From Oscillospiraceae bacterium (GTDB lineage: Bacteria; Bacillota; Clostridia; Oscillospirales; Oscillospiraceae): a stretch of 64,000 nt of DNA. A program made the translations under genes and the position numbers. The DNA is taken from NCBI GenBank assembly GCA_022800525.1, contig JAAWQM010000007.1, positions 2,917-66,916 on the forward strand. The letters are read 5' to 3'. The notes below the pieces were generated by a model. That model did no database searches. It was given only the letters and a program-made list of their open reading frames with translations, and was not told where the DNA came from. Shown here in pieces: positions 1-8,625 of this stretch (positions within the stretch are counted from its first letter, which is position 1; each line of letters begins with the position of its first letter).

Positions 1-11
1 ATAAAAATATA

Positions 12-40
12 TTGACAAACAGAAATACATCTGGTAAGAT
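12..40 (+). promoter_or_regulatory. sigma-70-type promoter of the DUF2975/HTH operon
   Basis: TTGACA 12-17, 17-nt spacer, TAAGAT 35-40. AAGGAGGA RBS at 56-63 precedes ATG 72. Confidence 0.6.
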
Positions 41-71
41 GTGGCCACAACCAACAAGGAGGACGTGAAAC

Positions 72-545
72 ATGAAACGAGTCGGGCTGGTGCGGACGCT
101 GAAGGGCACCATCATTTTTCTTGCGGTGATGGCGGCGGTCTATTACATTAAAATTTTTCCAAGCCGCATTGAGGAGATGGGGCGGCAAAACGCCCATCTG
201 TCCTGGCTGGTGGCGCCGGGGATCATCGCCCTCAGCGCCAGCGCCATTCCCATTGCCATCGCCCTGGCGCTGTTCTGGCAGATCTGCACGGAGATCGGAC
301 GGGACAACTCCTTCTGCCACAAGAACGCCGGACGGCTGACCGGCATCGGCTTCTGCGCCCTGGTGGACACCGGCTACTGCGCCGTGGGGACGGTGACGCT
401 GGAGATTCTGGCGGGCTCGCCGGTGTGGGTGCTGGGGCTGCTGGTGTGTACGGTGGGGCTTGCCGTCGCGCTGGCGGCGTTCCTGCTGAGCCACCTGGTG
501 CTGAAGGCCGCCGATCTCAAGGCCGACAGAGACCTGACCATTTAG
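72..545 (+). CDS. DUF2975-like polytopic membrane protein
   Basis: 157 aa with 4 predicted TM segments. It lies directly upstream of a YozG-type HTH gene, the classic DUF2975 pairing. Strong RBS. Confidence 0.6.
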   Translation: MKRVGLVRTLKGTIIFLAVMAAVYYIKIFPSRIEEMGRQNAHLSWLVAPGIIALSASAIPIAIALALFWQICTEIGRDNSFCHKNAGRLTGIGFCALVDTGYCAVGTVTLEILAGSPVWVLGLLVCTVGLAVALAAFLLSHLVLKAADLKADRDLTI

Positions 546-556
546 GAGGAAGCGGT

Positions 557-769
557 ATGCCGATCATTGTGAATCTGGATGTGATGCTGGCAAAGCGGAA
601 GATGACCCTCAGCCAGCTCTCCGAGCAGGTGGACGTGACCATCGCCAACCTGTCGGTGCTGAAAACCAACAAGGCCAGGGCCATCCGCTTCACCACCCTG
701 GAGGCCATCTGCAGGGCCCTGGACTGCCAGCCGGGAGACATCCTGGAGTACGCGGAGGAGGAGCCGTAA
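557..769 (+). CDS. XRE-family HTH transcriptional regulator (YozG-like)
   Basis: Internal ATG at 557 preceded by AGGAGGA. Sequence MPIIVNLDVMLAKRKMTLSQLSEQVDVTIANLSVLKTNKARAIRFTTLEAIC matches short YozG-type regulators. Confidence 0.8.
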   Translation: MPIIVNLDVMLAKRKMTLSQLSEQVDVTIANLSVLKTNKARAIRFTTLEAICRALDCQPGDILEYAEEEP

Positions 770-1137
770 TGGACGCGATGATGTATTGGGATTTCTGGTG
801 GCTGATGCTGGGGGGGACTGCGCTGCTGCTGGCGGTAATCAACCTGATCCGGGCGGTACGGAACAAGCATGGCGGGTGGCAGATGCTTCTGTTCCTCAGC
901 CTGTCCTGCGGCGCGCTGGCGATGCTGTTCGCCTATCTGGGCGTTTATGACGATGTGAAGGAGGGGGACTGGTCCTCGCTGATGGACGTGGTGCCTGTGG
1001 CGGCCAGGTTCAGCGGAGGGGCCATGTGCGTGGGGATTCTTCTGAATCTCGCCGCCCTCTGCGTCCACCGGGGGGCGGGAACCGCGCGGAAGGAGGCTGG
1101 CGGGGATGTCCCGGACACCGGCATAAAGGAGGAATGA
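769..1137 (+). CDS. hypothetical membrane protein
   Basis: 122 aa, hydrophobic. TAATG start/stop overlap with the HTH gene suggests translational coupling. Confidence 0.55.
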   Translation: MDAMMYWDFWWLMLGGTALLLAVINLIRAVRNKHGGWQMLLFLSLSCGALAMLFAYLGVYDDVKEGDWSSLMDVVPVAARFSGGAMCVGILLNLAALCVHRGAGTARKEAGGDVPDTGIKEE

Positions 1138-1141
1138 AGCG

Positions 1142-1687
1142 ATGCCGGTTTTTCTTGTGGTTTCCATCTGTTTGACCATGTTCTCACTGGCGCTGGCGGT
1201 CAGGGCCTCCAGCCGGAGGAGGATCATTGCGTGGGCTGTCTTCGGCTTTCTGGCGGCGCCTGTGCTGATTGCCGGTATCGGGGGGATGGTCCTGGCGTCC
1301 GGCGGCCTTGCGTGGCGGAGCTGTGTGAAGCTGCCCTGCGCCCTGGCCTATGTTGCCGGGATTCTGATACTGACGGCGCAGGCGGGGGCGTTCCTTTGGA
1401 AATTGATCGAGGGGTGGAAGCCCGCCGCCAGAGGGGCCGGACGCTTCGCCATACTGGCGGTGACCGCCATCCTTCTTCTGGCTGTGGGATGGTACGGGCT
1501 GCTGTTCGGCGCAATCTGGGCGGGCGGCGACCGGGAGGCCGTCGTGAAAGGGGAGCGCATGGTGATGGAATACGCCTGGATGGACCAGGATTATTACGCT
1601 TACCACAGCCCTCTGACGCGGGGCAGCGAGAGGTTGTACGGCAGCTGGGAGCTGAACAAAGAGGATTTTGGGGAGGCGGAGCCTTGA
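1142..1687 (+). CDS. hypothetical membrane protein (paralog A)
   Basis: 181 aa with multiple TM segments. The C-terminal soluble tail carries YYAYHSPLTRGSE, shared with the next gene. Confidence 0.55.
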   Translation: MPVFLVVSICLTMFSLALAVRASSRRRIIAWAVFGFLAAPVLIAGIGGMVLASGGLAWRSCVKLPCALAYVAGILILTAQAGAFLWKLIEGWKPAARGAGRFAILAVTAILLLAVGWYGLLFGAIWAGGDREAVVKGERMVMEYAWMDQDYYAYHSPLTRGSERLYGSWELNKEDFGEAEP

Positions 1688-1695
1688 GGGAAATC

Positions 1696-2220
1696 ATGGA
1701 GTATTTATGGCCCGCCCTGGCGGCGTTTCTGCCAGGCGTATGGTCCTGCGGGCACAAAAAACGGATGACCTGGACCGCGCTGATACTGCTGCTCCTGCCG
1801 GTGCTGGTCATCATCCTGGGCATGATGGCGCTGGGAGAATGGGGGATGACCTGGCGCAGCGTGGTCTGGCGGGCCTGCGGGATGTGCTTTTTGACCGGGT
1901 GCGACCTGCTGGCCGTCTGGGCGGCGGTATGGCTTTGGCGGGAGGCGGCTGCGGGACGCTGGCATCCCGTGGCCGTCTGGCTTTGCCGGGGGGTGGGGAT
2001 AGCCGGAATCGGCGTGGGATGCGCCTTTTTTACGCTGTTCGCGGCCCTTATTGTGCTTTTTGCGGCGGACACCGATTACACCACGGAGCTGGATGGTCAG
2101 ACGGTCGTCGCGCAATATGAGTATAAGCAAGGGGAAAACTACTACGCTTACTGCGGCCCTCTGGTCCGGGGAGCGGAGCTGCTGGAGGGCAGCGCAGGCC
2201 TGCTGCGCCGGAAGTCCTGA
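1696..2220 (+). CDS. hypothetical membrane protein (paralog B)
   Basis: Internal ATG at 1696 (MEYLWPALAAFL...). TM-rich, with tail motif YYAYCGPLVRGAE paralogous to 1142-1687. Confidence 0.55.
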   Translation: MEYLWPALAAFLPGVWSCGHKKRMTWTALILLLLPVLVIILGMMALGEWGMTWRSVVWRACGMCFLTGCDLLAVWAAVWLWREAAAGRWHPVAVWLCRGVGIAGIGVGCAFFTLFAALIVLFAADTDYTTELDGQTVVAQYEYKQGENYYAYCGPLVRGAELLEGSAGLLRRKS

Positions 2221-2355
2221 CGGGAGGCGGCTGCTGGGATTGACTGTCAGACTGCTCCGGCCCTGAATGGCACAGGCCATGCAGGACTGCACTGCGCAGG
2301 GGGGATGGTATCCGCCCCTGCAAAATGGATTTTCCTGGTACACAGACTTTCCCAC

Positions 2356-2383
2356 TTGACATATTTCTCCATAGGGATATAAT
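2356..2383 (+). promoter_or_regulatory. sigma-70-type promoter of azlCD
   Basis: TTGACA 2356-2361, 16-nt spacer, TATAAT 2378-2383. Confidence 0.55.
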
Positions 2384-2413
2384 AGCAGGGCAAAAACTGT
2401 ACTCCTGGAGGAA

Positions 2414-3133
2414 ATGTCCGTGAATACCAGACAAATCTGCTTCCGCCGGGGCGTCCGGGACGGACTGCCCATCGCTTTGGGCTACTTCGCCGTGGCGTTC
2501 ACCCTGGGCGTCGCCGCGAAAAACGCCGGGTTCTCCGCCGTCCAGGCCATGGTGGAAAGCCTCACCAACAACGCCTCCGCCGGAGAATACGCCGTCTTCT
2601 CTCTGGTCTCCGCCGGGGCGGGGTATCTGGAGGTGGCTGTCATGACCCTGGTGGCCAACGCCCGCTACCTCCTGATGAGCTGCGCCCTCAGCCAGAAGCT
2701 GGCCCCGGAGACCTCTCTGCTCCACCGGATGCTCCTGGCCTTCGACGTGACCGACGAGATTTTTGGCATTTCCATCGCCTATCCGGGCCGCCTGGAGCCC
2801 TGGTACACCTATGGCGCGGTGTCCGTGGCCCTTCCCGGCTGGGGCCTGGGGACCTGGTTCGGCGTCATTGTGGGCAGCGTCCTTCCCCTGCGGCTGGTCA
2901 GCGCCCTCAGCGTGGGACTGTACGGCATGTTCCTGGCCGTCATCATCCCGCCTGCCAAAAAGGACCGGGTGGTGTTGGCGCTGGTGTTGATCAGCTTCGC
3001 CGCCAGCTTCCTCGCCAGCCGCTGGAGCCTGCTGGCGGGCGTGCCCTCCGGGGTGAAGACCATCCTCCTCACAGTCGTGATCGCCCTGACTGCGGCGGTC
3101 CTGTTCCCGGTCAGGGAGGGGGAGGCGGCATGA
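2414..3133 (+). CDS. azlC: AzlC-family branched-chain amino acid exporter subunit
   Basis: 239 aa. N-terminal GVRDGLPIALGYFAVAFTLG and overall TM pattern are typical of AzlC. ATGA overlap with azlD. Confidence 0.85.
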   Translation: MSVNTRQICFRRGVRDGLPIALGYFAVAFTLGVAAKNAGFSAVQAMVESLTNNASAGEYAVFSLVSAGAGYLEVAVMTLVANARYLLMSCALSQKLAPETSLLHRMLLAFDVTDEIFGISIAYPGRLEPWYTYGAVSVALPGWGLGTWFGVIVGSVLPLRLVSALSVGLYGMFLAVIIPPAKKDRVVLALVLISFAASFLASRWSLLAGVPSGVKTILLTVVIALTAAVLFPVREGEAA

Positions 3134-3435
3134 GGAATATCTGGGTATACATCCTGGTCTCGGCGGGCGTGTCCTACCTCATCCGCGTCACGCCGCTGGC
3201 CCTGATCCGCAGGGAGATCACAAACCGCACTCTGCGCTCCTTCCTGTTCTATGTACCCTATGTCACCCTGGCGGTCATGACCTTTCCCGCCATCGTGGAG
3301 GCAACCCAGTCGCCGCTGGCAGGCGCGCTGGCCCTGGCCGCCGGCATTTTCCTGGCCTGGAGAGGCAAAAGCCTGTTTGCCGTGGCCGCCGTCTGCTGTC
3401 TGGCGGTGTTCGCGGCGGAGCTGCTGCTGGTCTGA
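3130..3435 (+). CDS. azlD: AzlD-family branched-chain amino acid transport protein
   Basis: 101 aa small hydrophobic protein directly coupled to azlC. Confidence 0.8.
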   Translation: MRNIWVYILVSAGVSYLIRVTPLALIRREITNRTLRSFLFYVPYVTLAVMTFPAIVEATQSPLAGALALAAGIFLAWRGKSLFAVAAVCCLAVFAAELLLV

Positions 3436-3459
3436 CGGCAGCAGCGCGCCAGGAAGCCC

Positions 3460-3517
3460 AAATAAGAAGCTGTATCCACAGGCGTTGAATACCGCCTGCG
3501 GGTACAGCTTCTTATTT
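3460..3517. terminator. bidirectional hairpin between azlD (+) and XRE gene (-)
   Basis: AAATAAGAAGCTGTA...TACAGCTTCTTATTT long inverted repeat with flanking A/T runs. It overlaps the stop of the minus-strand gene. Confidence 0.7.
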
Positions 3518-3757
3518 GATCTCCTGCTCCAGATCGTCGAAGGCCGGAACGTTGAAGAATTCCCGCAGGGAGATATCCAGCCCATCGCAGAGCTTCTTGA
3601 TGGTGGAGACGGTGACGCTGTTGTTTCTGCCGCTGACGATATTGTTGAGGGTGGACTGGGTCACGCCGCTGAGGGTCGCCAGACGGTTGACGGTGATCTT
3701 CCGCTGGGCGCACAGGTTCAGAATCCGGGCGCGTACCGCAGACTTGGTGTCCGCCAT
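3512..3757 (-). CDS. XRE-family HTH transcriptional regulator
   Basis: 81 aa from internal ATG (CAT at 3755-3757). MADTKSAVRARILNLCAQRKITVNRLATLSGVTQSTLNNIVSGR is a Cro/C1-type HTH. Divergent from the ABC operon. Confidence 0.85.
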   Translation of the reverse strand: MADTKSAVRARILNLCAQRKITVNRLATLSGVTQSTLNNIVSGRNNSVTVSTIKKLCDGLDISLREFFNVPAFDDLEQEIK

Positions 3758-3770
3758 ATGGTCACATCCT

Positions 3771-3832
3771 AACTCAAAAGAGATAACTCTAGTGTACCTG
3801 TTTTCATGGGAAAAAATTAACTCTTTTGAGTT
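3771..3832. promoter_or_regulatory. 12-bp perfect inverted repeat in the XRE/ABC divergent region
   Basis: AACTCAAAAGAG (3771-3782) and CTCTTTTGAGTT (3821-3832). Confidence 0.4.
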
Positions 3833-3900
3833 GACTTCCCGGGCGTGGTCTGCTATACTATGGACGGCAAGAGGGAAGCGCCTTTTTTTCCTCGCCCCTC

Positions 3901-3949
3901 TTGACAAACCTATCGCTTGGTGATATATTATATCTATCGCACAGCGATA
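3901..3949 (+). promoter_or_regulatory. promoter plus palindromic operator of the ABC-2 operon
   Basis: TTGACA 3901-3906, 17-nt spacer, TATATT 3924-3929. Perfect palindrome TATCGC-ACA-GCGATA at 3935-3949 lies just downstream of the -10. Confidence 0.55.
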
Positions 3950-4010
3950 TATCAAAATTCCGACAGATATGTACCGGGACGCAGAGGACACGTCCCCAAA
4001 AGGAGGAACT

Positions 4011-4787
4011 ATGGGAGATATTCTGGAGGTACAGGGTCTGACCAAGACCTTCCGGCTGTCCGCCAGGCAGCAGAAGCTGGAGAAAACCAGCGAAAAGGTC
4101 CGCACGGCGGTGAACCAGCTCAGCTTCACCGCGCGGCAGGGGGAAATTTTCGGGCTGCTGGGACCCAACGGCGCGGGAAAGACCACGACCCTGCGGCTGC
4201 TGGCGACGCTGATCCGTCCAGACAGCGGCGACGCCCTGGTGGACGGGGCCAGCGTTGTGCGGGAGCCGGACAAGGTGCGGGGACGCATCGGGTTTCTGAC
4301 CAGCGAGCTGAAGCTGGAGGACTGCTTCACGCCCAACTACCTGTTCAACTTCTTCGCGGCCCTCCACAAGGTGGCTCCGGAGGTCCGGGACCAGCGGAGA
4401 ACGGCGCTGTTCCAGCGCTTCGGCATCGACCGGTTCGCGGAGGTGAAGGTGGCGAACCTGTCCACCGGCATGAAGCAGAAGGTGTCGCTGGTGGTGTCCA
4501 TCGTCCACGACCCGGACATTATCATATTCGACGAGCCCACCAACGGGCTGGACGTGCTGACGGCCAGGGTGGTGACGGACTTCCTGGAGCAGCTTCGCGG
4601 GGAGGGGAAGACCATCATTGTCTCCACCCACATTTTCAGCCTGATTGAGAAGCTGTGCGACCGGGTGGGAATTATCATCAGCGGACGGATGACCGTCTGC
4701 GACACTCTGGAGCGGGTAAAGGACGGCATGGCCCTGGAGGACCGGTTCTTCGAGATTTATAAGGAAACGGCAGGTGACGCGGAATGA
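4011..4787 (+). CDS. ABC transporter ATP-binding protein (ABC-2/NatA-like)
   Basis: ATG 4011 after AGGAGGAAC. Walker A GPNGAGKTT, signature LSTGMKQK, Walker B IIIFDEP. Confidence 0.9.
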   Translation: MGDILEVQGLTKTFRLSARQQKLEKTSEKVRTAVNQLSFTARQGEIFGLLGPNGAGKTTTLRLLATLIRPDSGDALVDGASVVREPDKVRGRIGFLTSELKLEDCFTPNYLFNFFAALHKVAPEVRDQRRTALFQRFGIDRFAEVKVANLSTGMKQKVSLVVSIVHDPDIIIFDEPTNGLDVLTARVVTDFLEQLRGEGKTIIVSTHIFSLIEKLCDRVGIIISGRMTVCDTLERVKDGMALEDRFFEIYKETAGDAE

Positions 4788-5956
4788 AAAACAGTATTTT
4801 CACCATCATGCGGAAGGAGCTGGCCCGGTTTTTCGGAGACAGGCGGATGGTAGTCAGCATCCTGCTGCCGGGCGTGCTGGTCTATCTGATGTATTCCTTT
4901 ATGGGGAGCGCCATGGGGGACGCGTTCGGGGTGGACGAGGACTACATACCCGCCATTCAGGCGGTGCGCCTGCCGGAGTCCGTGGAGGCGCTGCTGGGGG
5001 AGGCGGACCTGCCTGCGGCGGAGGCGTCCGGGGCGGAGGCGGCCAAGGAGGCTGTCGCGGCCCAGGAGCTGGACCTGCTGCTGGTGTTTCCGGAGGGGTT
5101 CGACGGGGCCGTGGCGGAATATGACATCCGCTCCGGACAGTCCGCGCCCAATGTGGAGGTCTACTACAACTCCGCGTCGACAAATTCCACCTTCGTCTAC
5201 CGGACAGTGGCTGCGCTGCTGGACGCCTATGAGGCGCAGATGGTCAACAAGTTCGACGTGAACGCCGGGGATGCGGTGTACGACCTGGCTACGGCGGAGG
5301 ACACGACAGGGTCCTTTTTCGCCATGCTGATGCCCATGCTGCTGATGATGTTCCTGTACTCCGGGTGCGCCGCCGTGGCGCCGGAGTCCATCGCGGGCGA
5401 GAAGGAGCGGGGGACGATCGCCACCATGCTCATCACACCCATCCGGCGCAGCGATATTGCTCTGGGAAAAATTCTGGCGCTGGCGGTCATCTCCACAGTC
5501 TCAGCGGCATCCAGTACCATCGGGACCGTCCTGTCCCTGCCGAAGATGATGGGCGGCGTAACGGACGGACTGAAGACGGATATCTACAGCGTGCAGGACT
5601 ATCTGCTGCTGGCGGCGGTGATTTTATCCACCGTGCTGGTGCTGGTGACGCTGACCTCCATCCTGTCCGCCTTCGCCAAGACCATCAAGGAGGCCCAGAC
5701 CTATGCCATGCCGGTGATGCTGCTGTCGATGGGGCTTGGCATCACGGGGATGTTCGGCGGGGGAGCGTCCCAGGAGCTGACGGCGTACTGCATCCCGCTG
5801 TACAACTGCGTGCAGTGCATGACAGGCGTGTTCTCCTTCTCGACGCTGCCGGTGGGCGTGGGGATTACCGTCGGGGTCAATTTCCTGGTCACGCTGCTGG
5901 GCGTGTTCGTACTGGCTAAAATGTTCAACAGCGAGAAGATCATTTTCGCAAGATGA
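4784..5956 (+). CDS. ABC-2 family transporter permease (NatB-like)
   Basis: 390 aa: N-terminal TM, large loop, C-terminal TM bundle. ATGA overlap with the ATPase gene. Confidence 0.8.
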   Translation: MKNSIFTIMRKELARFFGDRRMVVSILLPGVLVYLMYSFMGSAMGDAFGVDEDYIPAIQAVRLPESVEALLGEADLPAAEASGAEAAKEAVAAQELDLLLVFPEGFDGAVAEYDIRSGQSAPNVEVYYNSASTNSTFVYRTVAALLDAYEAQMVNKFDVNAGDAVYDLATAEDTTGSFFAMLMPMLLMMFLYSGCAAVAPESIAGEKERGTIATMLITPIRRSDIALGKILALAVISTVSAASSTIGTVLSLPKMMGGVTDGLKTDIYSVQDYLLLAAVILSTVLVLVTLTSILSAFAKTIKEAQTYAMPVMLLSMGLGITGMFGGGASQELTAYCIPLYNCVQCMTGVFSFSTLPVGVGITVGVNFLVTLLGVFVLAKMFNSEKIIFAR

Positions 5957-5966
5957 AGCAGATGTG

Positions 5967-6008
5967 AAAGCAGCAGGCAGCGGAAGATTTCCCGCTGCCT
6001 GCTGCTTT
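5967..6008. terminator. hairpin terminator after the ABC permease
   Basis: AAAGCAGCAGGCAGCGG-loop-CCGCTGCCTGCTGCTTT. Confidence 0.7.
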
Positions 6009-6042
6009 CGGCCCGCAGGGCGGGCAAAAAGTGTTTCTTTTG

Positions 6043-6072
6043 GTTCTTTTCTTTATTCATAAAGAAAAGAAC
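6043..6072. terminator. hairpin terminator after the DUF4364 gene
   Basis: GTTCTTTTCTTT-ATTCAT-AAAGAAAAGAAC. Confidence 0.55.
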
Positions 6073-6082
6073 GCCCCCCATC

Positions 6083-6610
6083 CTACACAGTCCCCCCGTA
6101 CAGGTCCGCCAAAATCTTTGAATAAATTTCCTCCGCGTGCGCCCGGAAGCGGTTCTGAAGATCCAGAGCCATATCCTGGCGGGTAATCAGAAGGCGCAGG
6201 GTCATCAGCTCATCCAGCTCGTCGCTGAGGGAGAGGGTGACCTCATACCCCCCCTTCTCACGGGGCTGGATGGAGGCCCCTACCAGGGCGCGGCGCTTGA
6301 GCTGCTCGTTGCACTGGGCCAGCTTCCGCTCCGCCTGCATCCGCACGGAATAGGGCAGGCTGGTCTCGCAGATACCGCTGTTGCGGCGGCCCTTGTCCGT
6401 GATGGCGTACAGATCCTCCGACCGGGCCATGTGTTCCGTGCGGACCAGGTCCGCCAGACACTCCGAGAAGCCGAAGTAATCCACTCCGCTGTCGCACATG
6501 GCAAGGTCCTGCAGGACTTCAAAGGGGACTGGCTCCACCAGACGGGAGGCGATGTACAATATCAGGAACTTGATCTCCAGCTTGTCGCTGATAAACCCGA
6601 ACTCGCTCAT
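6083..6610 (-). CDS. DUF4364 family protein
   Basis: 175 aa. MSEFGFISDKLEIKFLILYI...VPFEVLQDLAMCDSGVDYFGFSECLADLV matches my memory of DUF4364 proteins of Clostridia. Confidence 0.7.
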   Translation of the reverse strand: MSEFGFISDKLEIKFLILYIASRLVEPVPFEVLQDLAMCDSGVDYFGFSECLADLVRTEHMARSEDLYAITDKGRRNSGICETSLPYSVRMQAERKLAQCNEQLKRRALVGASIQPREKGGYEVTLSLSDELDELMTLRLLITRQDMALDLQNRFRAHAEEIYSKILADLYGGTV

Positions 6611-6799
6611 AAGGCACCTCCTGAAATCGTACTGAGATCGTATTTATATCCGAAAGCCAATCACCTGGCTGTCCCTATTATACCTGTCCCGGACGAATTT
6701 GTATAGCCCAAATTTTCACACCCGGCGGCGAGGCGCATAGACTGAAGTGAAGGCCGACAGCCTTCCAACGACTCAAGATACTATTTAGGAGGTTCCATT

Positions 6800-6906
6800 A
6801 TGCCTGAACGCATCGTTCCCGGCCCCGTCTCCGGCAATCGGGATAACTGTGAGGCCGTTTGTATCCATACCAAGAAAATCTTTGACAGCTGCCGCGATAA
6901 AGATAC
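6800..6906 (+). pseudogene. 5' fragment of a small Cys-motif protein gene, apparently truncated at the recombinase junction
   Basis: Strong RBS (AGGAGG, 8 nt, ATG 6800). MPERIVPGPVSGNRDNCEAVCIHTKKIFDSCRDKD then runs into AT-rich junction DNA and the antisense of the recombinase gene. No 3' half is present in this window. Confidence 0.45.
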
Positions 6907-6936
6907 AGCGCTCTATAGATATTGCGCTAAAAAAAA

Positions 6937-8484
6937 TCAATGGGATATAAGGATGAAGTCCAGATCGAATTCGGCGGGCTTCGTTTTTTTCGCCTTGTGG
7001 TAGGTGATCTGTTGGACCACTGTGCGCAGCAGGGCGTTTTTGTGGGCGGCATCGCTGGTGCGGTACGCGTCCAGGACAGTCTGAATATTCACAGCCTGAG
7101 CGGCTGGATTGCGGGTTCGGGCCTGCTCCAGGCGGAGCCGCGCGTTTTCCTGGCGGCGTTCCAGGTCCTCCAGCTTCGCCTTGACAACGGCCATGCGCTC
7201 CCGGTAGGTAGGCGGATCATATTCGCCTGTTTCCAGCAGCTCATGGAGCCGGGCCTTTTGCCGGGCGGCGGCGGCGGCTTCTCTGGTAATTGCGTCCAGC
7301 GTTTCCAGAAGGGGGGAGAGGTCCTGTGTGCGGACGGGCTTCTCCGGAGTGATTCCCGTCAGGACATCCTCCAGGTGGGCGAGGATGCGGGCCTCCACCA
7401 GATCAAATTTTGCGGAAGCGCAGCAGCCCTTCCTTGTGCAGAGCAGATATGCCTGCCCCTTCATGACCAGCCGCTGCATATGCTTCCCGCAGTTGGCGCA
7501 CTTCACCAGCCCGGCAAGGGGACTCCTGACCGTGCCGTCATTTCTGGCAGGATGATACCGGCCAGCCATGATGCCCTGCACCTTGCCGTACAGCTCTTCC
7601 TCTATAATGGGAGGGTGGAGTCCATCGGCAACAGTCCATTTTTCCCGTGGATTGCAGATGGTGATATGCTTGGGAATGCCATTGGCGTTCCTCCTGATAT
7701 GCGTTTTCTGGTCCCAGACAATCTTACCGATATAGGCGGGATTGCGGAGAATCTGCGCGACGCTGTTCCGGGAGAAGGCGTCGGAGCGGTGCGGGCGGGC
7801 GCCCATGGCGTTGACTTGGCTGGCAATGGACTGGCAGCCGTATCCGTCCGCGTACATGCTGAACATGATGCGCACAAACTTCGCCTCCGGCTCGTATATC
7901 TCCAGTGTGGGCCTCCGGTCAACGGTGGTCTTCCTGTATCCATAGGGGGCGTTGGCTACATAGCAGCCGTCCTGAATGGACCGCCTGAGCCCCCGCCGCA
8001 GTCGCTTGTTGATGATCTTATACTCCCGGCGGGACATGAAGGTCTTGAATTCCGCCAGCTCGTCGTCGATCTCGTCAGACAGATCGTAGACCTTATCCGG
8101 AGTAACGATCAAAGTACCGCTGTCCTTGAAAGCGTCCAGTATGATTCCCTGGTCCGTCATCCGTCCGCGGGAGAGACGGTCCAGATCCATGCAGAGCACG
8201 GCGTCATACTTACCGGCCTCCACGTCCTCCAGCAGACGAAGCATCTGCGGGCGGGCGTACAGACTCTCTCCGCTGACGACCTCCGGATAGTACGCCACAA
8301 TATCCAGGCCGTGGCGCTGGGCGCACTCATTGAGCCCCTGGCGGTGGCGGCGCAGGACCTCTTCCGTGTCCATACCCTCCTCCATACGGGATTTGCGGAG
8401 GTAGGCAGCGGCGGTCTGACCCAGCAGATCGGGGGTTGTGGATATGGGAATCACCTCCTGAAAGGATGACCGGTTCTGAAACAA
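6937..8484 (-). mobile_element. large serine recombinase (resolvase N-domain + recombinase domain + zinc ribbon + coiled coil)
   Basis: 515 aa. AAAYLRKSRMEE carries the catalytic Ser. DAVLCMDLDRLSRG, YVANAPYGYRK and zinc ribbon CANCGKHMQRL...CTRKGC follow, then a C-terminal coiled coil. Confidence 0.9.
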
Positions 8485-8625
8485 TTCATTCTATGATCTC
8501 AATGATTCGTTTACGCTTTCTGTTTCCCGCTCCATGGGTCTGGCTTGAGCGCATTGTGATGAAAAATCCAGGCGCGATTCATAGGACAGGCCATAGGCCG
8601 CGTAAGGTGGCACGGGGTGAACAGA

